From Myxococcota bacterium (GTDB lineage: Bacteria > Myxococcota_A > SURF-8): a stretch of DNA of 64,000 nucleotides. Position 1 is the first letter of the stretch. Every line of letters starts with the position of its first letter. Below the pieces are notes generated by a model. That model was not told the origin of the DNA, did no database searches, and worked only from the letters and a program-made list of their open reading frames with translations. Location: NCBI GenBank assembly GCA_965140415.1, contig OZ223209.1, forward strand, positions 1,600,001 to 1,664,000. Reading direction: 5' to 3'. The translations under genes were made by a program, and so were the position numbers. Shown here in pieces: positions 50,078-59,839 of the stretch.

Positions 50078-51199
50078 CTAATTGCGTTCGACTGAGACGA
50101 GCTTGGTGAGGGCGAGCAGGCCGGAGACATCGGAAACATCCTGCTCGAATAGCGGTGCCCGGTAAATCGTCGGCGCCGGATCGATACCGGAGAGGAAACG
50201 CTGTAATCGTTGCTGCTGGCGTTCGGCGGCCAGTTGATAGTTGTTCTGCGATTCCACCAGCCGATTCAGCAGGCCGCTGTCGTTTGTCGTTCCGGAAAAG
50301 TTCTGCTGCAATTGCTCCAACGAAAAGAGTTCGGGCAACGGCGGCATGGCGCGGTTGATCAGAAAACCGCCAAAAGGCAGATCCATGCGTGCCAGTTCGC
50401 GATGAAACAGCGCCGCATCCTGCAAGGAATTGGGTTGTGGGGTAGCGACGACCACAAAGTGAGTGTTGGAATCGTGCAGCAGTTTCTGTACGGCGCGTGC
50501 CCGGTCGCGAAATCCTTCGAACATACCCTGGAAAAGGCGCAAATATTCGGAAAGATCTTCGATCATCTGGCCACCGGCAAAGCGTGTCAGTGTTTTGAAG
50601 ATGTAGGCGGAGCCGAAACTGAGCACCTGCACACCGACTTTCCCTGCCATCAGGTAGGGGGTGATGACCCAGCGGAAAATCGATTCGTCGAAGGCGTCGA
50701 TCAAACGCTGGGGAGCGTCTAGGAAATCCAACGCATGTACCGTGGGTGGCGTGTCCAACACCAGCAAATCCCAACGCTTTTGCTCTACCAGTTCGTATAG
50801 CCGCTCCATGGCGGTATATTCGTGTGAGCCGCCCACCGCGCCGGAGAAATGCCGGTAGAACTTGTTGTTCAAGATCCCTTCAACCTGTTCGGGTGAAGTC
50901 GCATAGCGTTGCACGAGGCGGTCGTAGGTGCTACGCACGTCGAGCATCATGGCGTCCATGCGGCTTGCTTCTTCGCCGTTTTCGCCGGGAATCTCCACCA
51001 CGCTGCCATCCTGTTGAAATTCGCGCATACCCAGAGACGAAGCCAGCCGCCGGGCCGGATCGACTGTCAGTACCGCCACTTTGCGTCCCGTTTGGGCCGC
51101 GCGGCAGGCAATGGCGGCGGCGCTTGTGGTTTTACCCACGCCACCTGCCCCGCAGGTGATGACGATGCGTTTATCTTCAAAAAGACGATCAATGTCCAT
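50078..51199 (-). CDS. ArsA/Get3-family ATPase, subunit B
   Basis: CGAGGVGKTT, TVDPARRLA, LDTPPT. Confidence 0.9.
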   Translation of the reverse strand: MDIDRLFEDKRIVITCGAGGVGKTTSAAAIACRAAQTGRKVAVLTVDPARRLASSLGMREFQQDGSVVEIPGENGEEASRMDAMMLDVRSTYDRLVQRYATSPEQVEGILNNKFYRHFSGAVGGSHEYTAMERLYELVEQKRWDLLVLDTPPTVHALDFLDAPQRLIDAFDESIFRWVITPYLMAGKVGVQVLSFGSAYIFKTLTRFAGGQMIEDLSEYLRLFQGMFEGFRDRARAVQKLLHDSNTHFVVVATPQPNSLQDAALFHRELARMDLPFGGFLINRAMPPLPELFSLEQLQQNFSGTTNDSGLLNRLVESQNNYQLAAERQQQRLQRFLSGIDPAPTIYRAPLFEQDVSDVSGLLALTKLVSVERN

Positions 51200-52142
51200 T
51201 GCGACCGTCCAGTGCGCGTTCGATCAGATCCGCCACTTTTTCGGTGGTTTCGGGGCCGAAGGATTCGCTGTATAAGTAAGGAATGTGAATTTCTGGCAGC
51301 GGGATACGCTCTGTCAGTTGTCCCAAATAGCGTTCGGCCATTTGCCTCCGCTTCTGGGAGATGCGCCCTACGCGCAATAAACCTTTGAATTTAGGTTGCT
51401 TTTTAGTGAGTTCGGTCAATTGCTGCAAGCGGGGCTCGTCGCCAGGTTCGAAAAACTTTGGAAATATAGAATTCACGAACAGACAGCCCAGCGGCATTTT
51501 GTATTGTTGTGCGATGGTTTCAAACATCTCCTCGGTTTCGGCCACCGGCATTTCCTCGGGTAGCGTGACCAGATTGATGATCGTCATCTGTGGATCTTGC
51601 AGCATTGCCAGCATCTCATCCGCCGCTTTTTTCACCGGACCTTTCTGCACCGCCCGCAGCATGACGTTAGGCAGATTTAGTAAAAACAGGCCGTGTCCGG
51701 TAGGGGGCGCATCAAGCAACACCAGGTCGTATAAGGGTTTTTTACTGCGCTTTTCCTTTTGCATGACGTGGTAATGCACCTTGCCCAGCGTCACCAGATC
51801 TTTTAGCGCCGGTACCGCCCGCAGGAAATAGCGCACCGCCCGGTTTTCGAAAACCAGACGGTAGATCAACTCCAGTTTGACCTGAAGGATCACGTATTCT
51901 TTCAAAGCCGATTCGGGGCGGATGTTAACGGAAAAGAGATTGGGGGCGACTTCGCGGATGTCTTCGCTGGCGCGTTCACAACCGAGATAACTGGAGATTT
52001 TATCCTTGGTGTTGACCTGGACGAGCAGCACCCGCTTGCCGCGTTTCAGCGCAAGATGAGCCAATGCAGCAGTGACGAAACTTTTTCCGACGCCGCCTTT
52101 ACCCATGGTCACGATCAATCGACGATCCAGAAAGTCTTCCAT
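51189..52142 (-). CDS. ArsA/Get3-family ATPase, subunit A
   Basis: MGKGGVGKS, LDAPPTGH, VTLPEEMPVAET; start set at ATG 52142. Confidence 0.88.
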   Translation of the reverse strand: MEDFLDRRLIVTMGKGGVGKSFVTAALAHLALKRGKRVLLVQVNTKDKISSYLGCERASEDIREVAPNLFSVNIRPESALKEYVILQVKLELIYRLVFENRAVRYFLRAVPALKDLVTLGKVHYHVMQKEKRSKKPLYDLVLLDAPPTGHGLFLLNLPNVMLRAVQKGPVKKAADEMLAMLQDPQMTIINLVTLPEEMPVAETEEMFETIAQQYKMPLGCLFVNSIFPKFFEPGDEPRLQQLTELTKKQPKFKGLLRVGRISQKRRQMAERYLGQLTERIPLPEIHIPYLYSESFGPETTEKVADLIERALDGRNGH

Positions 52143-52172
52143 ACCCGTCCTTTCCAGCATGATGCGGCGTTA

Positions 52173-52201
52173 ACATTAGCTCGGCTGGGATTGGGTGTCA
52201 A
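52173..52201 (-). promoter_or_regulatory. Sigma70-type promoter of the ATPase pair
   Basis: TTGACA-17-TAATGT on the minus strand. Confidence 0.5.
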
Positions 52202-52424
52202 GCTATGTGACCGGAAGAGCGGGGGATTTCCGGCATCCGTTTCTTTTTCGATCGAACAACCAGGATCTTGCCTAATGCGGTAAATCGTGTAGCCGATGGT
52301 TGTAGCGGCTGGACCTGAACCCACCGTTGTAGTAATTCCAAAAATGCAAAATACTACTTGAATAAAAACTCACCACGCTCATAATAATCTCATGAATATC
52401 AGAATTGTACGAATGGAGGCGGTG

Positions 52425-53642
52425 ATGCTTCGTAGTTTCGTTTTTATTTTCTTGGCGTTTGTGTTGATAGCAGGTTGTGGCGACGATGATTCCTCCTCGC
52501 AGCAACCGCCCGCAGATCAGGATGGCGATCTCGATTTGCTGGAAAGCGAAGCGGACGCGGGGGAGCAGGCCGCCGATGGTGATCTGATACTTGACGGCGA
52601 TGCCGAGGGCGAAAGTGCGCCAGATGGGGACATCGAGCAAGAAACAATAACAGACGGCGATATGGAACAGGAAGCGGAAATACAGGAGCAGGAAACGAAT
52701 GCCTGCGTTCAAGCTCTGCCGCTTGTCTGCGGCGATCAGTTGCAGGGAAATACCGCCGTGGATGGGCAGGCGGACGCCTGGCGGGGGTATAGCTGCTCGG
52801 CTCGTCTCGAATCCGGCCCGGAGGTCATTTACAGTTTCATAAGTGGCGAGGATTGTAACGTCGTGTTGACCTTGAAAGACTTAAGCAGCGATCTGGATCT
52901 GTTTCTGCTTAGCGCTTGCGACTCTTTTAGCTGTATCGGGTTCATGTCTACGCCGTTGGATATTCAGGATGAGGAAACGGTGAATTTTTCAGCCGAGGCT
53001 GGAAAGGCGTATTATGTCGTCGTAGATGGTTACGCCGATGCCGAGGGCACATATACCTTGCAGGCGGCGTGTTCCTGCGGCACGGACGGCGATATGGAAG
53101 GCGAAGCGGAACAGGTGGAATCGGAGAGCATCGTTGACGGCGACAGCGAATCCGAAGCGGAGAACGATCAAGAGGCTATGGTTGATGGTGACTCCGACGG
53201 CATGGGTTTGATTTGGCAGGATCCTCCTAGTGATACAACCATGACCTGGTCGCAGGCTAATTATTATTGCCAGGAGCAAGCGCAGGGTGGTGGAGGCTGG
53301 AGACTTCCAACGGTATCAGAAGCACGCAGTCTTATACGGGGTTGTGCTACTACTGAAACCGGCGGGAGTTGCGGTGTTGATGACGGCTGTATCGAGTTCA
53401 GTTGCTGGACCGAAAGCTGCGGCGGCACGTGTGAGTTCATGAACGGCCCGGACGTGGGAGAGGATGCTGGATGTTATCGTCCAGAGGAAATGTCTGGTGT
53501 GTGCGGCTGGAGCTGGACGGCCTCTTCCTTCGAACACGAAGCGGAGCAGAAAGCCTGGGCGGTTTTGTATCACTACGGCTGGGTGGATGCCGGAGCAAAA
53601 ACAAGAACATTCTATGTCCGCTGTGTTAAAGATCCACAATAA
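52425..53642 (+). CDS. Lipoprotein: DGD linker, PPC-like domain, second DGD linker, DUF1566/Lcl domain
   Basis: Lipobox LIAGC; DLDLFLL..GKAYYVVVDGY..GTYTL; GLIWQ..MTWSQANYYC..WRLPTVSE..YVRCV. Confidence 0.85.
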   Translation: MLRSFVFIFLAFVLIAGCGDDDSSSQQPPADQDGDLDLLESEADAGEQAADGDLILDGDAEGESAPDGDIEQETITDGDMEQEAEIQEQETNACVQALPLVCGDQLQGNTAVDGQADAWRGYSCSARLESGPEVIYSFISGEDCNVVLTLKDLSSDLDLFLLSACDSFSCIGFMSTPLDIQDEETVNFSAEAGKAYYVVVDGYADAEGTYTLQAACSCGTDGDMEGEAEQVESESIVDGDSESEAENDQEAMVDGDSDGMGLIWQDPPSDTTMTWSQANYYCQEQAQGGGGWRLPTVSEARSLIRGCATTETGGSCGVDDGCIEFSCWTESCGGTCEFMNGPDVGEDAGCYRPEEMSGVCGWSWTASSFEHEAEQKAWAVLYHYGWVDAGAKTRTFYVRCVKDPQ

Positions 53643-53711
53643 CAACCGGTAAATTTGGGTGTAACCAGTGTAAGCAGCGCGATCAGTCGAAACCGCAAGA
53701 CTTCCGTACGA

Positions 53712-56219
53712 TCACGGTGTTTCGTCGCTCAAGCTCGTTTGTCCCTCGGTGGCGACGTAAAAGCGATCCGCCGCCACCTGCTCGAATTGCGTTTCGCTGC
53801 CGTTTGGCCAGCGCACGGTCACGTGATCGATGCTTTCATGCTCACCCAGCCCGAAATGCAAAGTCATAGGCGGTTGTTGGCTGAAATGCCCCTTGCTTCC
53901 CTTGACTTCCCGAATTTGTTGTAAGTCGCCGGTGGTCACGGTGACACGCGCACCAATGGCGCTTGCGTTGGAATCCACACCGACAAGGCGGATCTGGAGC
54001 CAGTGGTTGCCATTGTCTACATCGTTGCGATACAGATGCAGATGTGCGCCGGTGCTGCGCCTCGCGACGAGCAGATCCAGATCGCCGTCACGGTCGTAGT
54101 CGATCCAGTTATTACCGACCGAGTCGTGCGTCCAGATGCCTGCCAGATAGGTGACGTCCGTGAAACTGTGGTCCCATTCCTGGCGATACAAGCGCCCGAA
54201 ATGCAAGGTGTAGAGCGAGGCGACAAAAAGATCCAGGTCGCCATCGTTATCGAAGTCCACCCACATTGCATCGACTTCGCCCTCGTCGTAATAGATCCCC
54301 AGATCGCGCGTCAGGTTTTCAAAGGCGAAATCGTTCTCCGAGCCGGTATTGCGAAGCAGGCGCGAGGGGTCGCTGTCCGGCTGATAGCGCGGGTGGGCGA
54401 TCTCGGCCAGGAATGCATCCAGGTTGCCGTCGTTGTCGAAGTCGCCGCAATCGATGCCGAAGGTGTTGCCGCCGGTCGTTCCGCCGATGGCGTCGTAGGC
54501 CAGACCGGCTTCCACGCCGACTTCGTTAAAGCCGCCCAGACCGGTGTTGGCCCAGAGCAGGTTGCGTCCGTAGCCGTAGTTGGCCACCATGATGTCCGTC
54601 CAGCCGTCGTTGTTCCAGTCGCAGGTCGTCACGCCGTAGCAGGGCTGGCCCCAGCGCTGACCTTCCAGATCCAGTCCCACCTGGTCGCTGACGTCCGTGA
54701 AGGTGCCGTCGCCGTTGCCTTTGAAAAAGAAGTCCGGCATGGCGGTGGAGTAAGGATACTGGTACAGCCAATTGCCCACGTACAGATCCAGCAAGCCGTC
54801 GCGATCGTAGTCGATAAAGGTAGCCGCGCTGGTGGTGGAGGTTTCCTCTACTCCGGCATTTTCCACTTGTGTGAAATGGCCCGCACCATCGTTTAAGAAA
54901 ACGGTGTCGCTGCCGGGATTCGGGTTTTGCTGGTCGGTATACACACCGCCGTACAGGTCCACGTAGCCATCGTTATTGACATCCCCGGCGGCGAAGAGGC
55001 TGGTGTAGTAGCCGTTCAAGCCGGATTCGGTGGTGAAATCGAGGAAGCCACCTGCTGTGTCGTTAAGCAATACACGCACCCGGTCGGGATCGTCTACGTT
55101 ATTGGCGGTTTCGTGCAGCACGAGATCCGGCCAGTCATCATGGTTGATGTCCGCGCTTAGAATGCGGTTTTCCTTGATATCGATGATGTGCGAATCGTCG
55201 CCTTCGCCGTTGGGAGCGACTACGGTTTGCTCGGAAACGTCCGTAAAGAACGTACCGCCGCGTTGACAGAAGGGCTCCGCTTCGATGCGCACCATGTAGT
55301 TGACACCGCTCTGGATACCGCCCCAGACGAACATCTGGCCCTGCTCGCGCCATTCGGCGATGGCTTCATCCGAGCGGAACATACTGTGGCTCTGAGTGGC
55401 GCAGTTTTCGGCCAGACCCAGCATGGGGAAGGGCACCAGATGCCGGTAAACTACCCAGAAATGATCCTTGGGATGGACGTACACATCGTCGTTGCTGAAG
55501 TCGAATTCTACCCACTGCTGCGCCTCGCGCCATTGAATCATGCGCGTCTGCTCCGGTGCGAGCAACTGTTCCAGATCGGGTTGCGAGCGTGCCATGTCGC
55601 GGACCAGGCGCACCGCCACGGGCCCGGCGTGGGTAAAGACCATGCGCACTTTGTTGACTTTCACCGGTTGTTCCGGGATGAAATGCACGGCTTCGTCGTT
55701 GTAGTTGTAGCTGCGCATGAACGTCGTGATCTCGCCGCAGTCGTAACCCATTTCAATCGAATCGCCCATCGGGCGCTGGCTGCCACCACAAAGCAGATCC
55801 AATGACGCCTGCGGTTCCTGGTAGAGCGAGGTCTCGTTGTATTCGCCATACTCGGCCAGTTCCGGCCATTCCAAATCGCCATCGGGTATGACGGATTCCT
55901 CGTCGAGATCACCGTCCGTGCTATCAGCATCAATGGTGTCGCCATCTGTCGTGTCGCCGTCGATGCTGTCGCCATCAGGTATATCGCCATCCGTCGTGTC
56001 ACCGTCGATACTGTCGCCATCAGCGGTGTCAGCATCCGTAGAGTCGCCATCGCCGGTTTCCGTGTCGGTCTCATCGCCATCCAGGCCGTCGCCGTTTACC
56101 AGATCGCCATCGCTTTCACTGTCGCTATCGGAGCAACCGGAAACCAGGGTTAGCAGTAACGCCAGTAAAAGGACTGCAAACCAAAACGAAAACCCATGCT
56201 GCGCAGTTCGGATCGACAT
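53712..56219 (-). CDS. CRTAC1-family (FG-GAP repeats plus ASPIC/UnbV) lipoprotein with DGD linker
   Basis: Lipobox LVSGC; repeated D(Y/F)DxDGxLDL; NHWLQIRLVG..AIGARV..LHFGLG..VRWPNG. Confidence 0.9.
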   Translation of the reverse strand: MSIRTAQHGFSFWFAVLLLALLLTLVSGCSDSDSESDGDLVNGDGLDGDETDTETGDGDSTDADTADGDSIDGDTTDGDIPDGDSIDGDTTDGDTIDADSTDGDLDEESVIPDGDLEWPELAEYGEYNETSLYQEPQASLDLLCGGSQRPMGDSIEMGYDCGEITTFMRSYNYNDEAVHFIPEQPVKVNKVRMVFTHAGPVAVRLVRDMARSQPDLEQLLAPEQTRMIQWREAQQWVEFDFSNDDVYVHPKDHFWVVYRHLVPFPMLGLAENCATQSHSMFRSDEAIAEWREQGQMFVWGGIQSGVNYMVRIEAEPFCQRGGTFFTDVSEQTVVAPNGEGDDSHIIDIKENRILSADINHDDWPDLVLHETANNVDDPDRVRVLLNDTAGGFLDFTTESGLNGYYTSLFAAGDVNNDGYVDLYGGVYTDQQNPNPGSDTVFLNDGAGHFTQVENAGVEETSTTSAATFIDYDRDGLLDLYVGNWLYQYPYSTAMPDFFFKGNGDGTFTDVSDQVGLDLEGQRWGQPCYGVTTCDWNNDGWTDIMVANYGYGRNLLWANTGLGGFNEVGVEAGLAYDAIGGTTGGNTFGIDCGDFDNDGNLDAFLAEIAHPRYQPDSDPSRLLRNTGSENDFAFENLTRDLGIYYDEGEVDAMWVDFDNDGDLDLFVASLYTLHFGRLYRQEWDHSFTDVTYLAGIWTHDSVGNNWIDYDRDGDLDLLVARRSTGAHLHLYRNDVDNGNHWLQIRLVGVDSNASAIGARVTVTTGDLQQIREVKGSKGHFSQQPPMTLHFGLGEHESIDHVTVRWPNGSETQFEQVAADRFYVATEGQTSLSDETP

Positions 56220-56443
56220 TTCATCTCCTATGAACATGTAGTGTGGTTTGTCGATGGACAAACGAAACAATTTGCATTGTAGGCAGTCGAGCTGGATCTG
56301 TCCAATGAAAACAGGGGGGAGATTTAGCTGGCATGGAGAAACAACAAAACAAAAGCTGGACAGTAACAGCCGGATTGATTAGCCTCCGAGGTTGAGAAAA
56401 GAAGATTTAGTATTTTGTTCGAAGTTTTAGAGAGAGAAAGCGA

Positions 56444-57730
56444 ATGAGCGCTATAAAGAAAAACGGCTGGTTGATAATTTTTGTTCTGCTGGTTTTGCTG
56501 GTAGCTGGCTGCGGCAATGATGAAGACGAGCAAGTCAATCCTTCCGATGGCGATGCGGATGTTCAGGATGGTGATATTGACTCAAATGATAACGGCTCGC
56601 AACTGCCGCCTGTAGTAACGGATGGAGACCGACCCGTTGTTGATGGTGACAACCCCATTATAGACGGGGACAACTTCTCCGATGGTGATGTTTCACCTGA
56701 TGGGGATACGCCAGTTGATGGTGATTTGGTGGTGGATGGCGATCTTAATCCCGACGGAGACTCATCTGTGGACGGGGACAATCCCTCCGATGGTGATTCT
56801 CCTGTGGATGGTGATTTCAATCCTGACGGAGACAGCTCTCCTGATGGCGACGATCCGATCATTGATGGGGATGTGCCTGTCGATGGCGACGATCCGATCA
56901 TTGATGGGGATGTGCCTGTCGATGGCGACGATCCGATCATTGATGGGGATGTGCCTGTCGATGGCGACGATCCGATCATTGACGGGGATGAGCCTGTCGA
57001 TGGAGATGATCCGATTATTGATGGGGATGTGCCTGTCGATGGAGACGATCCGGTTGTAGACGGCGATGACCCCGTAACTCCGCTTGGTGAAAAGGTGCTC
57101 GTTTATTACGGGCATTCCGGTGTCGATCCTGATGGTTTCTACGGCTACGGCAAGCATGGCGCACTGGTTTCACGCTATCGCACGGCAGGTTTGACTGTAG
57201 CCTATAGCGATCAATGGCCCGCAGACCTGTCCGAGCACCGTCTGATTGTTTTGGCCGTGCCGGGCTGCTACGACGAGGAAGATCTGTTCAGTAATGCCGA
57301 AGTGTTTTCCATGATCGCCTTTCTCAATCGTGGCGGCTATTTGTACATTGAAAATGAAAAGAGCTATTACAGCGGTACGGCGGTCATTAACGATCTGCTC
57401 TCGCGCTTAGGCAGCGTGATCCGGCAACAGAACGATACCATTGGCTCAGGCGGCTACTATGGCGTATTGACTACGGAGATCGGCAGCCATGCCTTGATGG
57501 ACGGCATCGATACGCTTGGTTTCGGGGAAGGCTCGCGCGTCTTGCCTGCTACGGGTGATGTGCTGGTGAGCTACCAGGGAACATGCGTGATGGCGCTGGA
57601 AAGCATCGGTGCGGGCCTGTTGATAGTCAGCGGCGATCAGCAGTTTATCGACGATCACGCCTTTGAAAGCTATCCTCCAGACGGCGGCGACAACCTGCAA
57701 TTTGCCGATAACCTGGCGCAGCTTCCGTAG
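56444..57730 (+). CDS. Lipoprotein with a 26-copy DGD stalk and a C-terminal class-I GATase-like (DUF4350-like) domain
   Basis: Lipobox LVAGC; DGD every 6-7 residues; FLNRGGYLYI..INDLL..GAGLLIVSGD..DNLQFADNL. Confidence 0.8.
   Translation: MSAIKKNGWLIIFVLLVLLVAGCGNDEDEQVNPSDGDADVQDGDIDSNDNGSQLPPVVTDGDRPVVDGDNPIIDGDNFSDGDVSPDGDTPVDGDLVVDGDLNPDGDSSVDGDNPSDGDSPVDGDFNPDGDSSPDGDDPIIDGDVPVDGDDPIIDGDVPVDGDDPIIDGDVPVDGDDPIIDGDEPVDGDDPIIDGDVPVDGDDPVVDGDDPVTPLGEKVLVYYGHSGVDPDGFYGYGKHGALVSRYRTAGLTVAYSDQWPADLSEHRLIVLAVPGCYDEEDLFSNAEVFSMIAFLNRGGYLYIENEKSYYSGTAVINDLLSRLGSVIRQQNDTIGSGGYYGVLTTEIGSHALMDGIDTLGFGEGSRVLPATGDVLVSYQGTCVMALESIGAGLLIVSGDQQFIDDHAFESYPPDGGDNLQFADNLAQLP
56843..57037 (+). repeat. In-frame 39-bp tandem repeat, 5 copies (DGDDPIIDGDVPV)
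   Basis: GATGGCGACGATCCGATCATTGATGGGGATGTGCCTGTC: three identical copies, then two variant copies. Confidence 0.95.
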
Positions 57731-57775
57731 GGAAGGTGTTGTAGGGAGTTCTTCAGACGATTCGTTGCAACTGAG

Positions 57776-59836
57776 CTACACCTGCGCTTCCGCTTGGCGC
57801 GTTGTGTGCGAACGACCCAGGCGAGGGAGTTTGCCTTTCGCTTTGGGGCGGGCTTCTCCCAACTCATCCAGCAGTTGCTCTGCCATCATGATCTGCTCAC
57901 TCTCCGAAATGCCATAGATGTCGAACACTTCGCGGTCGATTTCCTCGATCAGTGCCTCGCGTTCCGGACCTTGAGCCTGCATCAGCAGGCGCACACGGGC
58001 TTCGATGGCGCGCTGGCGCTCGTCTGGACAGTAGCGCAGCGGCAGGCGTTCCAGGTTGCCTCGCAGCACCTTGACGGTGAAGAAATTGAAGGTGTAGTAG
58101 AATTGCAGCACCGGCGAATTCAACAGCGCAAGCAGATAGCCGATGCGGAAACCGGGCAGGCGTGGCACCAATACATTGGCGTTATTGAGCGTAAAGCGGC
58201 TTTCCTCGTCCAGGGCGAAGGTCAGGCGTTTTCCGATAAAGCGATAGATCAACTTGGCCGGGACGTCGAAAATCTCGCGCGGGCAGGCCTGTTGCAACTC
58301 GTTGCGGTCGTAGCGAATCCAGTGGTTGGAAAAATCGATGCGGTATGGGCTTAGATCCTTGCCCACGATCAGCGGTTCGTGCTCTTCCGTCAGCCGCTCC
58401 GAAGCGATCAGACGCTCGTTGTCACCGGTGACCAGTCCCAGCCCGAAGGTGGCGTGACCCTTTAAATAGGCCGCGTTATGCGCGATGCGACTCAGCAACT
58501 CGCTCATCCCGGTTTGCAGGTGGATGTTGAAAATGTTCTCCGGCGTTTTCATGAAGGCGGCGGAGTCCAGGGTTTGACTGCGTTCTCGCGGTGAGCCGAG
58601 GTTGTGGATGGCAGTGAAGCGGCTCGACGTCGAATCGTCGCTTGAGGGTTTGCGCCGGAATTGCAGGATCATCGATGGTGCGAAAACCTTGTCGAATAAC
58701 TCTCCGCAGGTGGCGATGCGCTGCAATTGCGCCTGCTCCAGTAAAAGCTTGCGAGAAGCCCTGTGAGCGCGAATATTCAGGTAGGCATCGGGAATCAATA
58801 GGCCGACCTGTCCGCCCGGCTTGACCAGTTGCAGGGCGCGTTCGATGAACAGGCTGAAGGAGTTGACACCCGATTCGGCAGAGAGATACTCCAGCCGATA
58901 GATTGCCTTCTGCTCTTTACTCAACTTCGAACCCCAAGGCGGATTGCCCACCACGGCGTCGAAGCGTCCGCTTAACTCGGGCGGATGCTCCGTTTTCTGC
59001 AAGCGGAAAAACAACTCGTTCTCCTGCCGACAGAGGCTGTCGATGCGGTGCACGTGAAAGCGGATCGGGTCTTCGCTGCGCTGCATGAGAAAGAGGTTCA
59101 TTTTGGTAAGCGCTACAGCGAAGGGGTCGGAATCGAAGCCGTACAAGTGCTGTTCCAGTACCTGTCGGTGGGCGCTCTCAGCGTCAATCCCAGAAGACTG
59201 TAGCTTCTGCTTCAGTTCGCGATAGACACCCAGCAGAAATTGACCGGAACCGCAGGCCGGGTCCAACACGCGCAACTCGGGGTTGTTCACCGGGTCCAGC
59301 TTCATGGCGGTGACGACTTCGGTCACGACCATTGGCGGCGTGTAATACTGGCCGCTTTTTTTACGAGAACTTTTCGAGCACAGCGCCTGATACACAACTC
59401 CCAACAGATCGGGGTCCAACAGTTCCAACCGCGCGGTATTGAGCTTGTCAAAGAGCATACTCAGCCGGGCATAAGGCAAAAGGCGCGAGTCGATGTCCAG
59501 ATCGCTTAGCAGGCTATCCACCGCCACGCGCAGGTGGTCTTCGCGCCACATGTCGAGTTGATCGGTGGGGCGGGGTTTATGACGCCGTAACTTCATCAGA
59601 TCCTTAAAGGACGCAAGCCGTTCGATGTGCAGAATCTGCTTTTCCTGTGCCAGTTTTAAAAAACAGCCTTTAAGCACCAATGCAATAATGGTGTTGCGTA
59701 CCGCCTCTGCCTCCGCACGCGTTTGTAGCGATTCCGACAACGCCTGCTGATAGTCCAGCAGCGATTGCAGAAAGGTCCGCAGATAGGGATGCGGCTTGGC
59801 CGCCCGCGCGGCCCGCATGGAAGGCTTGACGGCCAC
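57776..59836 (-). CDS. N6-adenine DNA methyltransferase, gamma class, with TaqI-like C-terminal specificity domain
   Basis: GQYYTP, VLDPACGSGQFL, FDAVVGNPPW, YLLALLNS. Confidence 0.9.
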   Translation of the reverse strand: MAVKPSMRAARAAKPHPYLRTFLQSLLDYQQALSESLQTRAEAEAVRNTIIALVLKGCFLKLAQEKQILHIERLASFKDLMKLRRHKPRPTDQLDMWREDHLRVAVDSLLSDLDIDSRLLPYARLSMLFDKLNTARLELLDPDLLGVVYQALCSKSSRKKSGQYYTPPMVVTEVVTAMKLDPVNNPELRVLDPACGSGQFLLGVYRELKQKLQSSGIDAESAHRQVLEQHLYGFDSDPFAVALTKMNLFLMQRSEDPIRFHVHRIDSLCRQENELFFRLQKTEHPPELSGRFDAVVGNPPWGSKLSKEQKAIYRLEYLSAESGVNSFSLFIERALQLVKPGGQVGLLIPDAYLNIRAHRASRKLLLEQAQLQRIATCGELFDKVFAPSMILQFRRKPSSDDSTSSRFTAIHNLGSPRERSQTLDSAAFMKTPENIFNIHLQTGMSELLSRIAHNAAYLKGHATFGLGLVTGDNERLIASERLTEEHEPLIVGKDLSPYRIDFSNHWIRYDRNELQQACPREIFDVPAKLIYRFIGKRLTFALDEESRFTLNNANVLVPRLPGFRIGYLLALLNSPVLQFYYTFNFFTVKVLRGNLERLPLRYCPDERQRAIEARVRLLMQAQGPEREALIEEIDREVFDIYGISESEQIMMAEQLLDELGEARPKAKGKLPRLGRSHTTRQAEAQV

Positions 59837-59839
59837 CGG

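Noticed and set aside
50078-52142. Arsenic resistance operon
   Set aside because: No arsB/acr3, arsC, arsD or arsR nearby; single-domain ATPases without evident metalloid-binding Cys
56843-57037. 39-bp repeats as a CRISPR array
   Set aside because: Head-to-tail with no spacers, in frame within a CDS, and no cas genes in the window
57776-59836. Complete restriction-modification or BREX/DISARM defence system
   Set aside because: No nuclease, helicase or other defence gene flanks it, and no recognisable nuclease motif in the ORF
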